A program made the translations under genes and the position numbers. Shown one piece after another: positions 13,215 to 26,792 of a DNA stretch of 64,000 nucleotides. The stretch is from Lingula anatina. Lineage: Eukaryota > Animalia > Brachiopoda. The DNA lies in assembly GCA_051362555.1 (NCBI GenBank), contig CM120649.1:3410001-3474000 (forward strand). Reading direction: 5' to 3'. The notes below the pieces were generated by a model. It made no database searches. It worked only from the letters and a program-made list of their open reading frames with translations, and was not told where the DNA came from. Within the stretch, counting starts at the first letter, position 1. Every line of letters starts with the position of its first letter.

Positions 13215-16200
13215 TTTTTCTTCCCCCGTCTCTTTTCTAACTTATTTCTCTCTTCTTCCTCCCTTCCTCCCTTTCATTTTCTCCTGTGACGGCGCGAACA
13301 CTTGTAATTAAATTACCCATAACATGTAGATGTGTAGCGGGAATGCGAAGAACAAGATAAGTATGTGCTAGTACAAACGGCATAATAACCCTTTGAGGGA
13401 AATATCAACAAAAATGCTTATAAAATGTACTGACGGTAAGTATGTACTTCTAGTCAATTGGGACATCATGTTTTCTGTAAAATCTTTCTTTTTTTCGCAG
13501 CCGGTGGGAGATCCAAAATTATATTAATTCTTTTAATGTTATTTTTTTAGCTGGTCACTAGTTCATGAGTTCATCCTGTCCTTATACGCTTACTAATATT
13601 ATAGCGATGAGTCAATTTCTGTCTTGACAACTGTCACGACGCTCTTAAAGCACAAAGCAGATTTGCTGTCGACTGCTTCAAATTCAAACATGCTTTACTG
13701 TTTGCTTCCATTTTTAACGTGTTTGTTAGGCGAATTTGAGAGGACTGTAAACTCAATTGAACAATAAACGCAAACTTTAATTTGATAAAGTATAAGTCGG
13801 CCACAATGGACTTAAATGAAATTATGCCTGATCTATTGAACCCGAAGACAATATTAATACAATTCAGAATGAAAATGTCAATCATGTCCTCGAGGATTGT
13901 TTGACCAAAATTATTGAAATGTTGTGTATGGGCAGTGCTTGAACGTGTCTTCCCGTCATCGATTTCAAAACAATAATTATTGTGATTTTTTTTCTATTGA
14001 CAAATAAAGGATAAAAATAGTGACTATTTTGAGCCACAATAGAGCGCCCTGCGGTGGCCTAGTGTTTGGACAAAATGGCCAGACTCAAGTTAAGTATTAT
14101 CATAATGATAATGAAAAGTAAAGTGTTAATTTTGCTGATGATGCCATATTGATTTACTTCTTTATTCATTTATCGGGCGAGAGGGATTGTTGTGGTTCCC
14201 AATAGTGAATATAATAATAATTAATTAATTAAAAACCCTGCAATATGAGGTTATTAGATGTTTCTGATGTGAGGCTTATTCTCTGGTTATTGAAAACTGC
14301 CCAGGTGAGTTAATCCACTTTGTCGCTTCTAGTAATAATTTTCCTTCTTTTTCAACTTATGAAAAGAGAAAGCTGGATAATTACCTTTCCTGTAGATTAA
14401 ATTAAAAGAAAACGAGAGATAAATAAACTACGACCGTTCGAATCCCTGCTGCGTCGTTGTCAGGTTCTAATGCTATATAAAAATATTTTGCAAAGGACAT
14501 TATGAGTTTTTCACGTCGTATACAGTGGGGACAGAAGTCTCAAGAGAATAATGCACGTATAATGTCAAAATTTCAGTTCAATTTGAGTTGGCTAATCTAC
14601 GAAGTTAAAAAGTCTAGTGACGTTTTCGTAAATAAGTGAGCGCAATTCGATATTTACCGCAGTTGTATTTGAGATGTAAACATGTAGCACGGTATAAGGT
14701 TGCATATGTGAGTCAGTTTAAAATTACACTTGCTATTATGGTTACAACCCGCAACAAAGTGAAAAACAGCGTCGAGAGCAGTCGCTAATGTTTGCTCATT
14801 TCTAAAATTCAAAACACAAAAAGCTACCTTTCACGTTTCCCTTCAGGCGACGCTAAATCTTCCTACAAATGTGTTTGAACTACCAACCCTGAAGTAGTTT
14901 GTGGTGCAATATGAGCGAAAAGAAACCAAGCAGTAAAACATTAAATCTGCCCTTTTGGCAAGATTTTTTGACGGTTTATGGGGGTGACACAAGACAAAAA
15001 AGGGATAATATTCAAGGACAGTTTTTTCTATAATATGTAAGGCTTAGGGGTGGAAAATTGTGATTTTTGCGTTGTTTTGCCTGTAACCTTTTTTTTTTTT
15101 TGCACGGTGGGGGGGGGAGGTAGAGGCCAACTGTGAATGGCTTTGCAGGCGTGTTGCGACAAAACAAGGTGCATCGCATTTTGCTGCCTCCCCTTCCCCC
15201 CTCACCTACTCACTGCTTTAGCCTGCTTATGCCTAAACTCCATTTACATGACGTCCTTTCTGCGTCCTTTGTGCGACCATGAAACTGGAATTGCTGTGGT
15301 CATAGAAAGGAGCCACAAGCATCGCTTTGGCTGCAGATTGAATGCTCAATGATTGGCCAGTTGTCAGCATGTAAAATATTATTATTTTACTCTCAAACTG
15401 GGCCGTACTACGGGACGCAGAAAGGACGCCGTCCAGTGTAAAATGAGCTTTACTGAGGACACTTAACTTTCTATTTGCTATAGTCTTTGCTGTGACCAGG
15501 TCTAGGGCAAATATATAATAACACGAGGTCGTGACCCAGCCTAGATGCGAGATCGTTTGTCATCCGCTTGCAATTGGTCTTTGCATAACATATTTAAAAG
15601 ACGATATATAACTGCTTGTTATGATCATGAGTTAATACTTTTCAATTTCTACAAAAAAAAAAATGGTCCCACCGTGGCCTTACTCAGTGTGTGTGTACGT
15701 GTGTATGTGGATGTGTGCCTTTGTGTGTATGTATACGTGTGTGTGCTTGCGTGTGTGTACGTGTGTGTGTGTTTGTCTTTCTCTCTCTCTGTGTGAGTGT
15801 ATGTGTGTGTGTGTTCGTCTGTCTGTGTGTGTGTGTCTGTTTATTTGTGAGGTTTAGCTTCAATTTTATGTTGAAATATTCGTTATCAGTAGACTAAACA
15901 GCTGAATTTCCACCAGGATATGACTGCTGAAAAAATATGCATATTTTACTATTTTAGCCTATGTACGCTGATCGCCTCTTTAAAATCTTAGACCAGGATG
16001 GTTCCGCCGGATTAAGTCTTCAGGAATGGGAAGAAGGAGTGCGAAGGGTTTATTCGGAGAAAGAATTCGAACGACTTCAAATACTTTTTGACGTGTTTGA
16101 TACAGAAGGTAAAAGAAGCCGGGTGTTAAAAAGAGGAATCTGATACAGTAACGAATATCTCATTTCTTCAAATATCTATATTGAATTATTTTTATTCTTT

Positions 16201-19200
16201 AAATATAACAAATAAACCTTATGGTTGTTACTTTTAATGAACTATTATAATCAGTTTTAAAATATGTCAATAAATAAACAGATGGATTTATTTGTTAGTT
16301 GCTAAATGATACAAAAATAATTAACTTAGGACAATGAACTTGTTTCTATTGAAGACCCTCTATCTTGTCTTGTTCACTAAATTACACTTCTTCTAATTGG
16401 GCAAAAATAATAATTTTCACGCACTTATAAACATGTTTGGCCTCGAGCAGGCGAAGGCGCCATAGATACCAGTGCAGTTAAAGCAATCCTGATCGAGGCT
16501 CTAGGCGGGGAGGACCACACCTTCAGCGAGGAGTACGTAGACAGCTTGGTCCAGTTACTTATTGAGGAGGCCGCCAAGGACCTTGAGGATGAGGAGGACT
16601 GCAGACTGGATTTTGAGGAGTTTGAGGAGCTGATGAACAAGTTCCCTGCCTTGTCGACGCATCTGGTCAAAAGGTGAGATAGTATGATATTAATATTGTT
16701 TGAGCGAAAATATCAGGCCTTATGAAAACCCCCAAATGGGATGTCCTATAGGACTTTACGAACTCTACCGGTATATTCATCCTAGAGGACCAGATAGGGC
16801 TCTGTAGGAATTCTGACGTCCTATAGGATGCCTATACATGGACCCTATACATGTATGATTTTGTGCAAAGTTCCAATAGAGCATTTTATAGGGCCCTACA
16901 GGAAATTTCCACAAGGGAGATTCCCGTTGTGAATCAGTATGCAGTGATAAGATGAGAAGGGACGTCTTTAATGACAAAAGTAAGGCGGCAAAAAAGAAAA
17001 AAGAAAGGCACACAGCTTGCGGAAAATGGTAACTTTTGTGAAATAAAAATGCCCATAGAATATGTTATAATTTGAGGGGTGGACCCTTGAAGTATTAAGT
17101 TTAAAAGGCATTTTCCTTATCAAGATTATTTCAAGGTTGTGACCATTCTGTATTATTCATTTATTTAACTTGTAAAGTGTAAAGCTTAACATCGTCTTTC
17201 TGAAAGTTTGAGAACGTACTACCTTTTAATTTTACTGCCGATGTTTCAAAATTTACAGTACAACGGGATGGTTTCGTAACATCATAAAAGCCGGGTCAAA
17301 GACAACACTACCACGCCCAAAGAAGTCATCAAGGTCAAGGTCATGCTGCCCAAACTGCCAGACGACAGAACTGCTGAACCGATCGCCAAGCGGTGTCGCC
17401 ATCTTTCTTTATTTTTCTGTATCAGCTGGCCTGATAGCAGAGAGAGTGCTGCGGTTCTTAGCCAACAATTCCGAAATCACTGGGTTCGATATTTTGGCGC
17501 GCGTTTGTGGTAAGTACATGTCAGAAACGTTATCAAACCTGGTGTCTTAGTCCCTTCAAATAATTATTTTGTTAGTGGCGCAAAACTAATTTTTTTCTGA
17601 GAAATATATTGAAACTATTGTTTAAAATTGAAATCAGAGTTAATTTTTAGAGAATCAAAAACAACACATGCGCTAATTGATAAAATACCCTATAAATAAT
17701 TGTGATTCCCAAAGATAAAGGATAAAGGATCATGTTATCTTAACCATATTAACAAGCAGAAGGGGATCATGACGGAGTTTGTAACAGGAAATATATTGTA
17801 ACCATTATGAAGATTCTCTTTCACCCTAGAACGCATCACTGTTTATTACCTAATGTGCTACTAGACCAAAGGTGGGGATCATCAAAATGGAAAATCACAA
17901 TAAATTTAACTATGCGCATTCGTTTGAACAGAAAATGATTCAAGCACATTTTATTCATTTTTCTTATAACAGGCCAACTACTCAACTTTAACTGCATGCT
18001 GGTCGTGGTCCTCATGCTGAGAGTTACCTTGACCTTGATAAGGTCATCCAAGGTCGCATTCTGGCTGCCTATAGATCAACATATAGACTTTCACAAGGCA
18101 GTGGGGGTTGTCATATTGATTCTTAGCATACTGCATACTGGTGGACATATCGGGAATTTTAGTACGTATCAGTTATTGAAAATATGCTCATTTCATATAT
18201 ACAGTACATGTACTGACACATGCATATGTTTTTCACATTTTACACAGTATATTACAAAAGTAAATTCGTGTTCTTTGTCAAATTTTCTAGCTAAAATACC
18301 GGCACTTATCTGCAGGATTTGGTACTGGTAGATATTTTAGTAATATGTATTTATTGATTGGTTTGTTTGAATATTTTTTGTATTATTTCGGTTGTGAATC
18401 TACAGTACATAAAATACAAATTACACTAAAGACGTACCTGTATATTCACATGCTACACGTATCTTTTCTACATCAAGATGGTTATGAAAATTCAGTACAC
18501 GTTTAAGATAATATTAGATCTGTTGTTTTGCATATTGTTTTGAATATTATAAAATAAATAAATAAATAAATAAATAAATTGATTATCTGGCGTTCCAGTC
18601 ATCGTAGCACCGAGTATGAACATCACCGTTGCTGAGGCTTTGTTTACAACCAAATCTCAGGTGGGCTGGGTCGCCGGCACGGCGTGTCCCACGGGATGGG
18701 CGTTGTTGGTGCTCATCATCATTATGTTCATCGGGGCGCAGTCATTCGTGAGGAGACGGGGCCATTTTGAGGTAATTAGGCCACGATTAAATGGTTTTGA
18801 TTCATGCAATGTGTGATGTTGTGAACAGTGGTGTATTTAGGATACGGGAGGTGGGTGGCGTTACCAGAAGAGGGAGCCACTGAGAGAATTGGTATGGATT
18901 TTTAACAGTTGTAATTTTTTATGGAGTGTTGTACGTGTTTTGTTTAACTTTTTCTCTTCGAAATATACTCGTATTTCGGAGTTGACGTCATGGAAAGTTA
19001 TCTAACAGTATACTAGTAAATGTCAGAGGTTTCCCTACAGAGTTAGGAGCTATACCCCATTTATACTAGCACTATATGCACCCCGTTCACTGTACTTCTG
19101 TGACGAAATCATTTGAAACTTTCGTCTAAAAATTCACATATAGGGAAATTTAACTACATCAAAAAAGCAAATATTCACAAGTGCCAAAACGGTCTAAAGA

Positions 19201-22200
19201 GCACGCATAATGCACCTTTTAAAAATGCTATAAAGGCAGCTACTGTAACAAAACATTTTTATAGTAACACAATTCCGTAAAATGCCAAGAACAACCAAAA
19301 TGGCTAATAATAACGATGTCAAAATACCTATTACAACACACCCACCGACCGTGAACGCAGTTAACGACAATGTTTGACACTGATTCGACGCTATGGAGAG
19401 ATAACACTGAACAAATCTGATATTTGTTAACGGTCGCCAATCTGACATGTTTAATGGTGTAGTTAGTGTCTTTGTGGTTTAAATGATGACCTTGGTTTCA
19501 TGTAAACCACATATGCGTGACATGTAGTTTTTTATCTTTGGATAAGATAGGCATTAATGATGCTTTAGTCGTAGATTTTAAAATAGTTGACATCCCTTAA
19601 TTATTATCATCAAGGCCAGCCTCCTAAAAATACTTTAAACCATTTTTAATATTTATACAAAGAGAGATAATATCCCAAAAGCTGAAATTGAGTGATACAT
19701 GTATATTTAAGTATGTTCGACAAAAGAATTAAATCTCTTTGGGTAAACGTTCTTGTCCCCAAATGTCCCAATAATTCTTAATCTAATGTAACATTGAATG
19801 TATTCATCTATCATTTTATCCTGTTAAGCTTAAAATGATAGCAAGATTTAAAAACCATCGCTTAAGAGTGGGTTGAGGACTTTTTGATTCTCCTAGGTTG
19901 TTACAGAATAATGGCGAATGTAAGCAACGGGGGATCAAAAGTCGGTAAGGTGGAAATGGTATCGTTTACCCGAGCAAAACCCATCAAGTATGAATTTTTC
20001 GTGGGGAAATCTTACTTGTACAATGAGAATCTTTAATGTATCCATTTATTTCAATAAATCATGTATTTCTTCCAGCTGTTTTACTTCAGTCATATTCTCT
20101 ACGCTCCCACTCTGATCCTGCTGGTCATCCACGGCCCCAGCTTCTGGAAATGGTTTGTGGCCCCGGGCGCCATCTTTGTCGTGGAGAAGTTGTACCGCTT
20201 CAAGTGGATCAGGCGTCTGGCCTACGGAAGGACGTTCGTACAGGAGGGGATACTGTTACCGTCGAAAGTGAGTAAAGAGAAAAGTTAAGAAAAGACCTTT
20301 TCATGTTTACCAAAGCCTATAGTGAGTTCTTTTTGTCGTATTTTCCTAATACTAGATAAATGTTCTGGTAGTTTTTGTAGTTATAGTAATTTTTCCCGTA
20401 TTTTCTATACCTTCATAACATTGCAACACACTAAAATAAAGTTAAATTGAATCTGATACTGGAACTTACTTGATTGCAACACATTATCATTTTAGGTAAC
20501 ACATTTAGTGCTTGACCGGCCCGAGAGTTTTTCCTTCAATCCGGGAGACTACGTCTTCATCAATATCCCTAAGATCGCAAAATTTGAGTGGCACCCATTC
20601 ACCATTAGTAGCGCCCCAGAGTACAGAGGTAAGTGACACCATCTACAGTCAAAACTTTTGCCCGTGAGCAACAAACTTGAGCAGAGGAGTATATGAACAT
20701 GTGCGCCGCTTACAATTAAAACTTGAGAGTTTTATGTGCAACAGACACGACCAGGGGGGTAAATACCAACATCTGTTGTCAAAATTTTAGATTCATGATC
20801 ACCCATTGATTTAGCACCATCTTGTGTGGCCTACGCGGACAGGACGCTGTCTACTTGTCATAAATAAATAAATAAATAAATAAATGGAGAATTTATATGT
20901 TGCTTTCTTAAGGTCATATCTGGCTGCATATCAGGGCCGTTGGCACGTGGACGACGAAAGTTAATGAGTATTTTGACGAGAAGCGGAAGCGCTGGGAAGC
21001 CACCATGCCCACGTTAAAGAGCCGTCGCCTGGCAGTGAGCAATTTCCAGTTCTCACCCGCAGAACTGATGATCCAAGAGCGACGGATGAGTCAGCAGGTT
21101 GACGCCTTTCGGAGCAGTGTTCGCAGTAGAGCCAGCGCAAGCGGAAGTAGTTTGCGGAGCATGCGCAGCAGGGCAAACACCGGAGGAAGTAGCATGCGTA
21201 GCATCTCCAGGCGTCTTCAAGGTCAGGACGCGGGGGCTGAGGAAAATGCCCTTAGTAACCATTTGCTGGAAAGAGAAAGACGGATGAACCACTTCAACCA
21301 TGTATCCAATGGCGGACCAAATTCAACTTCCGGACATGCGCACGAAGGGCACATCAACATTGCGTTCCAAATCGAGAACGACGCCGCAGAGAATGAAAAA
21401 GAATCTCTTCCGATGGCTGAACGGAAACTTCAGCAAGGTTGTAATCTCCTCGACGTGTCTAGAATCGATGACATTTTAGAAGAGGATGAAGACAGTAAAT
21501 CGCTGGTAATGGGCCAAAGTGACTCTCAGGATATTTCCACAGTCGAGCCTAATCTAAATTCTGAAGAGCCAGAGCTTAGTGATAACCTCCTTAAGTTGAA
21601 TACCGAGAAAAAACAGCACATAGCCGATTCAGATCACCGTGATGTACCCCCAGAACACAAATTCGATATAGAAAATAACAAAAATGGCGACAATACGGAA
21701 GAAACCGCAAAGGTTACCACAGCTAACAATGGTAAAAAAGACAGTGAATGCAAAAATTCAGAAAACTCTCACATGGACCATGGTAATGAAGATGTTGCAA
21801 CAAGTGACGAAAGCTACGAGAGAGAAAACTCAGACTCCGGCAATGTGTCTGATGACAAAGAAAGCAGGACATCTATGGACAAATATAAGCCCTCAGATGG
21901 CTCGACTAAAGAGGACAGATCCGAAAAGAGTGAAAAATCGGACAAATCAGAAGATGAAGAAGATGACATCTTACCCCCGGATTTTAAACCCCCGCCACTG
22001 CGGAGACTTGGCACGTCCAACTCCATGACGGGTCACAACCGAAATCGACGTATGACGCTATGTCAGCGTCGCCTATCGACGTGGGAAGCAGTGTCGTCGG
22101 GTCAAAACTTCGCTATGACCAAGCAGAAGCCTTTCATCTATAATATCGACCCCGCGGCTGATACAACTTTGAATGAATTACTGGAGGTATTAACCAGACA

Positions 22201-22434
22201 AAATGAATACATTTCAACATGTTAAAGATTAAGACATTGTTTGATAATAGACTGTTGTAAGAAATTAACTCTTATGCGAGTTCCATGCAACAAACGATTT
22301 ATTTTTTTCCCAAGAATATTTACTGATGAAATTGCTGTTATTTTGATTTGTGTTAATGATTTCCATTATTACGTAATAGATAACTGTATGTACATATTTA
22401 CTGTTTACACTCTGTTGTCTTCGAAGATAAGGGG

Positions 22435-22474
<40 letters not shown>

Positions 22475-23649
22475 TCTCCAAATATATTTCTCTATCAAAG
22501 GTATTCAGTGATACTTTCTGTAAAATAATAATAATAATAATTACTATTATTATTTTTTTATTATCATTATTATTATTGTTGTTGTTGTTGTAGGTGTTTA
22601 TTGACGGTCCATACGGCAGTCCGTCGTCCCACATATTCCAGGCAGAGCACGCCGTGTTGGTGGCGGGCGGTATAGGTGTCACCCCATTCGCCAGCATCCT
22701 CCAGAGCATCCTGCTGAGATATCAGCGAGAGAAGAACGTGTGTCCTAAATGTAACCACGCCTGGCTGGACGAGTTACCTTGCACCCTATATAACTTGAAA
22801 AAGGTACAGGGAGAGAGGTGTACTGTGTGTGTGCGTGCGTGCGCTGGCGGGCGCGCGCGTGTGTGTGTGTGTGTATGTGTGTGTGTGAGAGAGAGATAGA
22901 GAAAATATTTATGTACAGTCATATGCATTTCTTGTTTTCACTCTCAACATTCATTTAATACAGAGCTATCATTGGTTAAATGTTCGCAGTGATACGTGAC
23001 GCACAACGCTTTCTCATTTTTTGTGACAGCCTCATGAAAATGTAAATATCTGTCAATGCGGAAATTTAAGACTCCGATATCTATATGTCATTTGCCCACA
23101 TTTCGGTCTGTAGACAATATCTTTTTGTCTTTAGGTGGACTTTTTCTGGCTATGCCGGGATCAGTCGTCCTTTGAGTGGTTCGTCAGTCTTCTGGCTCAG
23201 TTAGAAATGGAACAGGAGGATCTGGACAACCTGGACGACAGTATCATCGGTAGGTGGCAGCACGTACTGTATATTAGCTGACATATTTCAACATGGACGA
23301 ATAATGCATTTCATTGGTTCAGGGTTTCAGGACATATTAACGAATTCGAGCGCATACAATATGCAGTAAATATTCCTTGGTTTATTTTTTGACAATGTTC
23401 CAGTCATCACTGAAGTATTGACAAAATTTCGATCTACTGTACATGTATTCACCAGCGGTGAAATCTGGGAAATGTTAGAATCACCAGTAAATTTAAACTT
23501 TTTTCATATACCAGTAAAGGTCAACCTTTCATTTCACGCATGCCTTCAAGCCCAAAACTTGAATTTGTTTTGGAATTTGTTTTGGACTTTGAAACTGCCG
23601 AATGACAATAAGGAGTTACATGTACCGGGTAACGGGTACGTCCCGCTGA

Positions 23650-23694
<45 letters not shown>

Positions 23695-24291
23695 GTGTGT
23701 GTGTTTAAATTCCGGTACATATATCTTATTTAGACCAATACATTCACCACACCTCCCGTTTATTTCAGATTTCCACATTTATATGACGGCAGCAAAAACA
23801 GACATGAGGTCAGTCCTGCAGCAAATAACCTTTGACCTTAATCACCAAGTCGAGGCTCGTGACGCAATAACTGGTCTGAGAACCAAGACACAGCCCGGAA
23901 GACCAAACTGGGACGAGGTTAGAATCATTAGAGCTTCTGTGTATATATATATACAAGGGGCGGTAGATTTTATGCAGCCAAGAAGTTGTACAGCTTCTTG
24001 ATGCAGTGAATAATAAAAACATTGGAATTCCATCGCCTTCTCTTAATTCCCTAGGAACCCGTTCACTGCCCATATCTGAATTATGATGATGATAACAGTT
24101 AGATACCAGTTATTAATAGAATTTAGTTTTTAAAGGAACTAACTGTATTTTTGTCAGCAATACATGCTGTTTCGACCATTCATCAATGACTGACTCGGCG
24201 ATGTGAGAACTGAAATTTAATAACACGTTGCATTTTACCGTCATAAAAACTGTGAAAACACATTTGAGTGGGTCATATCATTATCAAATAT

Positions 24292-24330
<39 letters not shown>

Positions 24331-24467
24331 TGCAGGAGTTCCAAAAGCTAAAGAACCTGAAGAAAGGCCGAGTGACCATCTTTTACTGTGGCCCGCCTGG
24401 GCTGGCTGTTGTTCTGGGGAAAAAGGCGGCTGAATACGGGTTTGGATTCCGCAAAGAGAGTTTCTGA
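12456..24467 (+). CDS. NOX5: NADPH oxidase 5-like, copy A (EF-hand region + ferric reductase TM + FAD/NADPH domains), 13 exons, about 1098 aa
   Basis: Exons 12456-12560, 15958-16108, 16451-16673, 17259-17509, 17973-18161, 18599-18771, 20076-20267, 20496-20628, 20913-22186, 22594-22803, 23135-23249, 23769-23917, 24336-24467 join in frame (3297 nt). Motifs: EF loop [12 protein letters not shown], four heme His (FHKAVG...LHTGGH; SHILY...IHG), [44 protein letters not shown]. Confidence 0.92.
13141..13212. repeat. compound (CT)n(CA)n microsatellite
   Basis: Directly visible. Confidence 0.9.
15235..15452. mobile_element. small MITE, possibly Harbinger-type
   Basis: Inverted CATTTACA..CGTCCTTTCTGCGTCC / GGACGCAGAAAGGACG..TGTAAAATG with TAA/TTA flanks. 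Ends imperfect. Confidence 0.55.
15686..15840. repeat. imperfect (TG)n microsatellite
   Basis: Directly visible. Explains the spurious Cys/Val ORFs here. Confidence 0.9.
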
Positions 24468-26094
24468 ACACGCGCTCAAGGGCTGTGCTCTGTATATTAA
24501 CAAAGACCGCTTAATGACTTAGAAATTCTGAACACAAATGCATAATTATCTTAGGAGGTCCTTAGTCGCAGCACTGGTATACCTTGGTATGGCAAAAAAT
24601 TAAAAACCTTTAGATTTAGCACATGCACCTTGTAATATTCTGATTATATATAAGAAACATGGGTGTGTTGAAAGTCCAACTTTATTTTTAAAATGTATTC
24701 ACTGATTCATATATACACATGTACACTGATTGCAAAACCACCTTTCACCAACATTACCAAGTTAAACATGATATGCCATGGCAAAAGTAAATAATGATTG
24801 TCCTTTTGTAGAACTTGATATTTTGCGATGTTCAGTTCGAGAAGCTGAAAATTAGTTACAAAACGGAAACATTCGGCTGTATATTCACTGATATTGAGGC
24901 CTAGATCACTAAAAATGATTGTTTCCTTAATAGTTAGAGTTGTGCATTCGTTTTACATCTCACTTAGGAATTAAACTGTAAAAAATGGTTGCTTTCCGTA
25001 ACCAAATTGCCATCGCTTTAATTTCAAACACACGGAGCCTTGAGTTTGAACAAGCTTCTATTTTGTACCAGTACAAATCTATTCTATATTCTCTATAAGT
25101 GAGAAATAATTTTGAATTCATATATATATATACTGTGTATATGTAATAGGAAAGATGAACAGTTCGATTCTTTTTCGCAATACAGAGAGCCAGGGTGAAA
25201 GTCACCAAGTGACAGCATAAGTGAACCAATTGAGAGGCGTACACGTGTACTGTTTACTTCACAGATAGTATGATATATAAAATGATTATAAATTAATGAG
25301 GACCAGCCACTGTACAAAAGTTGACAAAGGATGTTAAAACTAAACTGAAAAGTCCCTTAAACGTAGTGTAACTTATTTTCTGAGAATAAACTATAATAGA
25401 CATTGTATTGAAAATTTCATAAATATCAAACGTTATTACTGTGCTACTTGTGCATCTTTAAAGATTGTGAAAAAGACATGTTTGACAAAAAGATGTTGAT
25501 TCTACTATTGTAGGTAAAATGCCTAGTACAGGATTGACTGCTAAAATTAATACTGAAATATACATAATAAAATTATTCATGAAAAGTACCATTTTTATTG
25601 ACATATGTAGACGTATGTTGCTTTAGTTTTGGCGAGAATAAAATTGACATGTTCACCATCACTGGAAATATTTTGATAAGGCAACATGTCATCTTATATA
25701 AGACACATTAAAATAAAGCATAAACCTTTAAAATAACCATCACAGTTTTAAATCCATAGATAATCGATTAAATGCCATTAATTGGAATGTTTTAAGAGAT
25801 CCAAGTTACATCAAAAGTATAGTCTCATAGATAAAAAAATGAATATAAACTAAACATGTTAACTTAAGCTTTACGTCTGTTATAAAATTAAAGCATAAGG
25901 TGTACAATGTACGTATGCTTATAACAGTTAAAACCGAAGTGAATGCCATTAATAAAATATTCATTAAGTTTTCTAGGATAAAAACCATATGATGCCTTGT
26001 AATATACCATCTTTGAGACACCTTATGTACCATCTAAAACAGACAGCAGACACTATTAATTACATCGAATTACAACATTTCAATCGTGAGAAAT

Positions 26095-26754
26095 CTATCC
26101 GAAGTTTTCCTTGGTGAACCTGAAGCCGTATTCTATACATTTTCCTTTAACAATAGAAGCTACCGATCGTGGTCCGCAGAAATACACCGTCACACGCCCC
26201 CTGCGGTTATTGTTTATTTCTTTGAAGACCTGAAATTAAAACCAACACACATATAAGTAAAGTGTATACATACTACGGCTGTGCGTCATACAGTGCTGTG
26301 AGTACTGTACATGTAGTTATACTTTTTTAAAGAACGCATCCGAGTATCAGAGAATGAGAGAGAGAGAGAGAGATAAAGAGAGAGAGAAATCTTGAGTTTA
26401 AAAAAGCTCGTCAGCTAGCTTACAGCATTCCAATTCGGTCTTCCCCTCTGCGCCTGCGTCAAAAGTCCGGGTATGACTTCGGTCAGGTTATTCTGCTTCA
26501 CCAGGTCCAGCCCGGGTGCAAGCAAAGCATCTCGAATACCAAAATTGTTCTCAGTCTCTGTGTTATATATGTGGAGATCTGAAAGTGTTAAGGCATACAT
26601 GTTTTTGGATAAACGCGAATCTAACCCTGATCCCGACAATTTTGTCTATACTATGTCATTTTTGCCATGTATATATCCTCGAGCCCCCCCCCCCTCTCCG
26701 GCCCCCACCAATAAATAAAGAAAGAAAGAAAATCTTGGATACAAACATGTTCTA

Positions 26755-26792
<38 letters not shown>

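Noticed and set aside
16729-16925. Clustered CCTATAGG-like palindromes (similar tract at 49060-49145)
   Set aside because: Probably subterminal repeats of a decayed non-autonomous transposon. Ends and TSD not definable.
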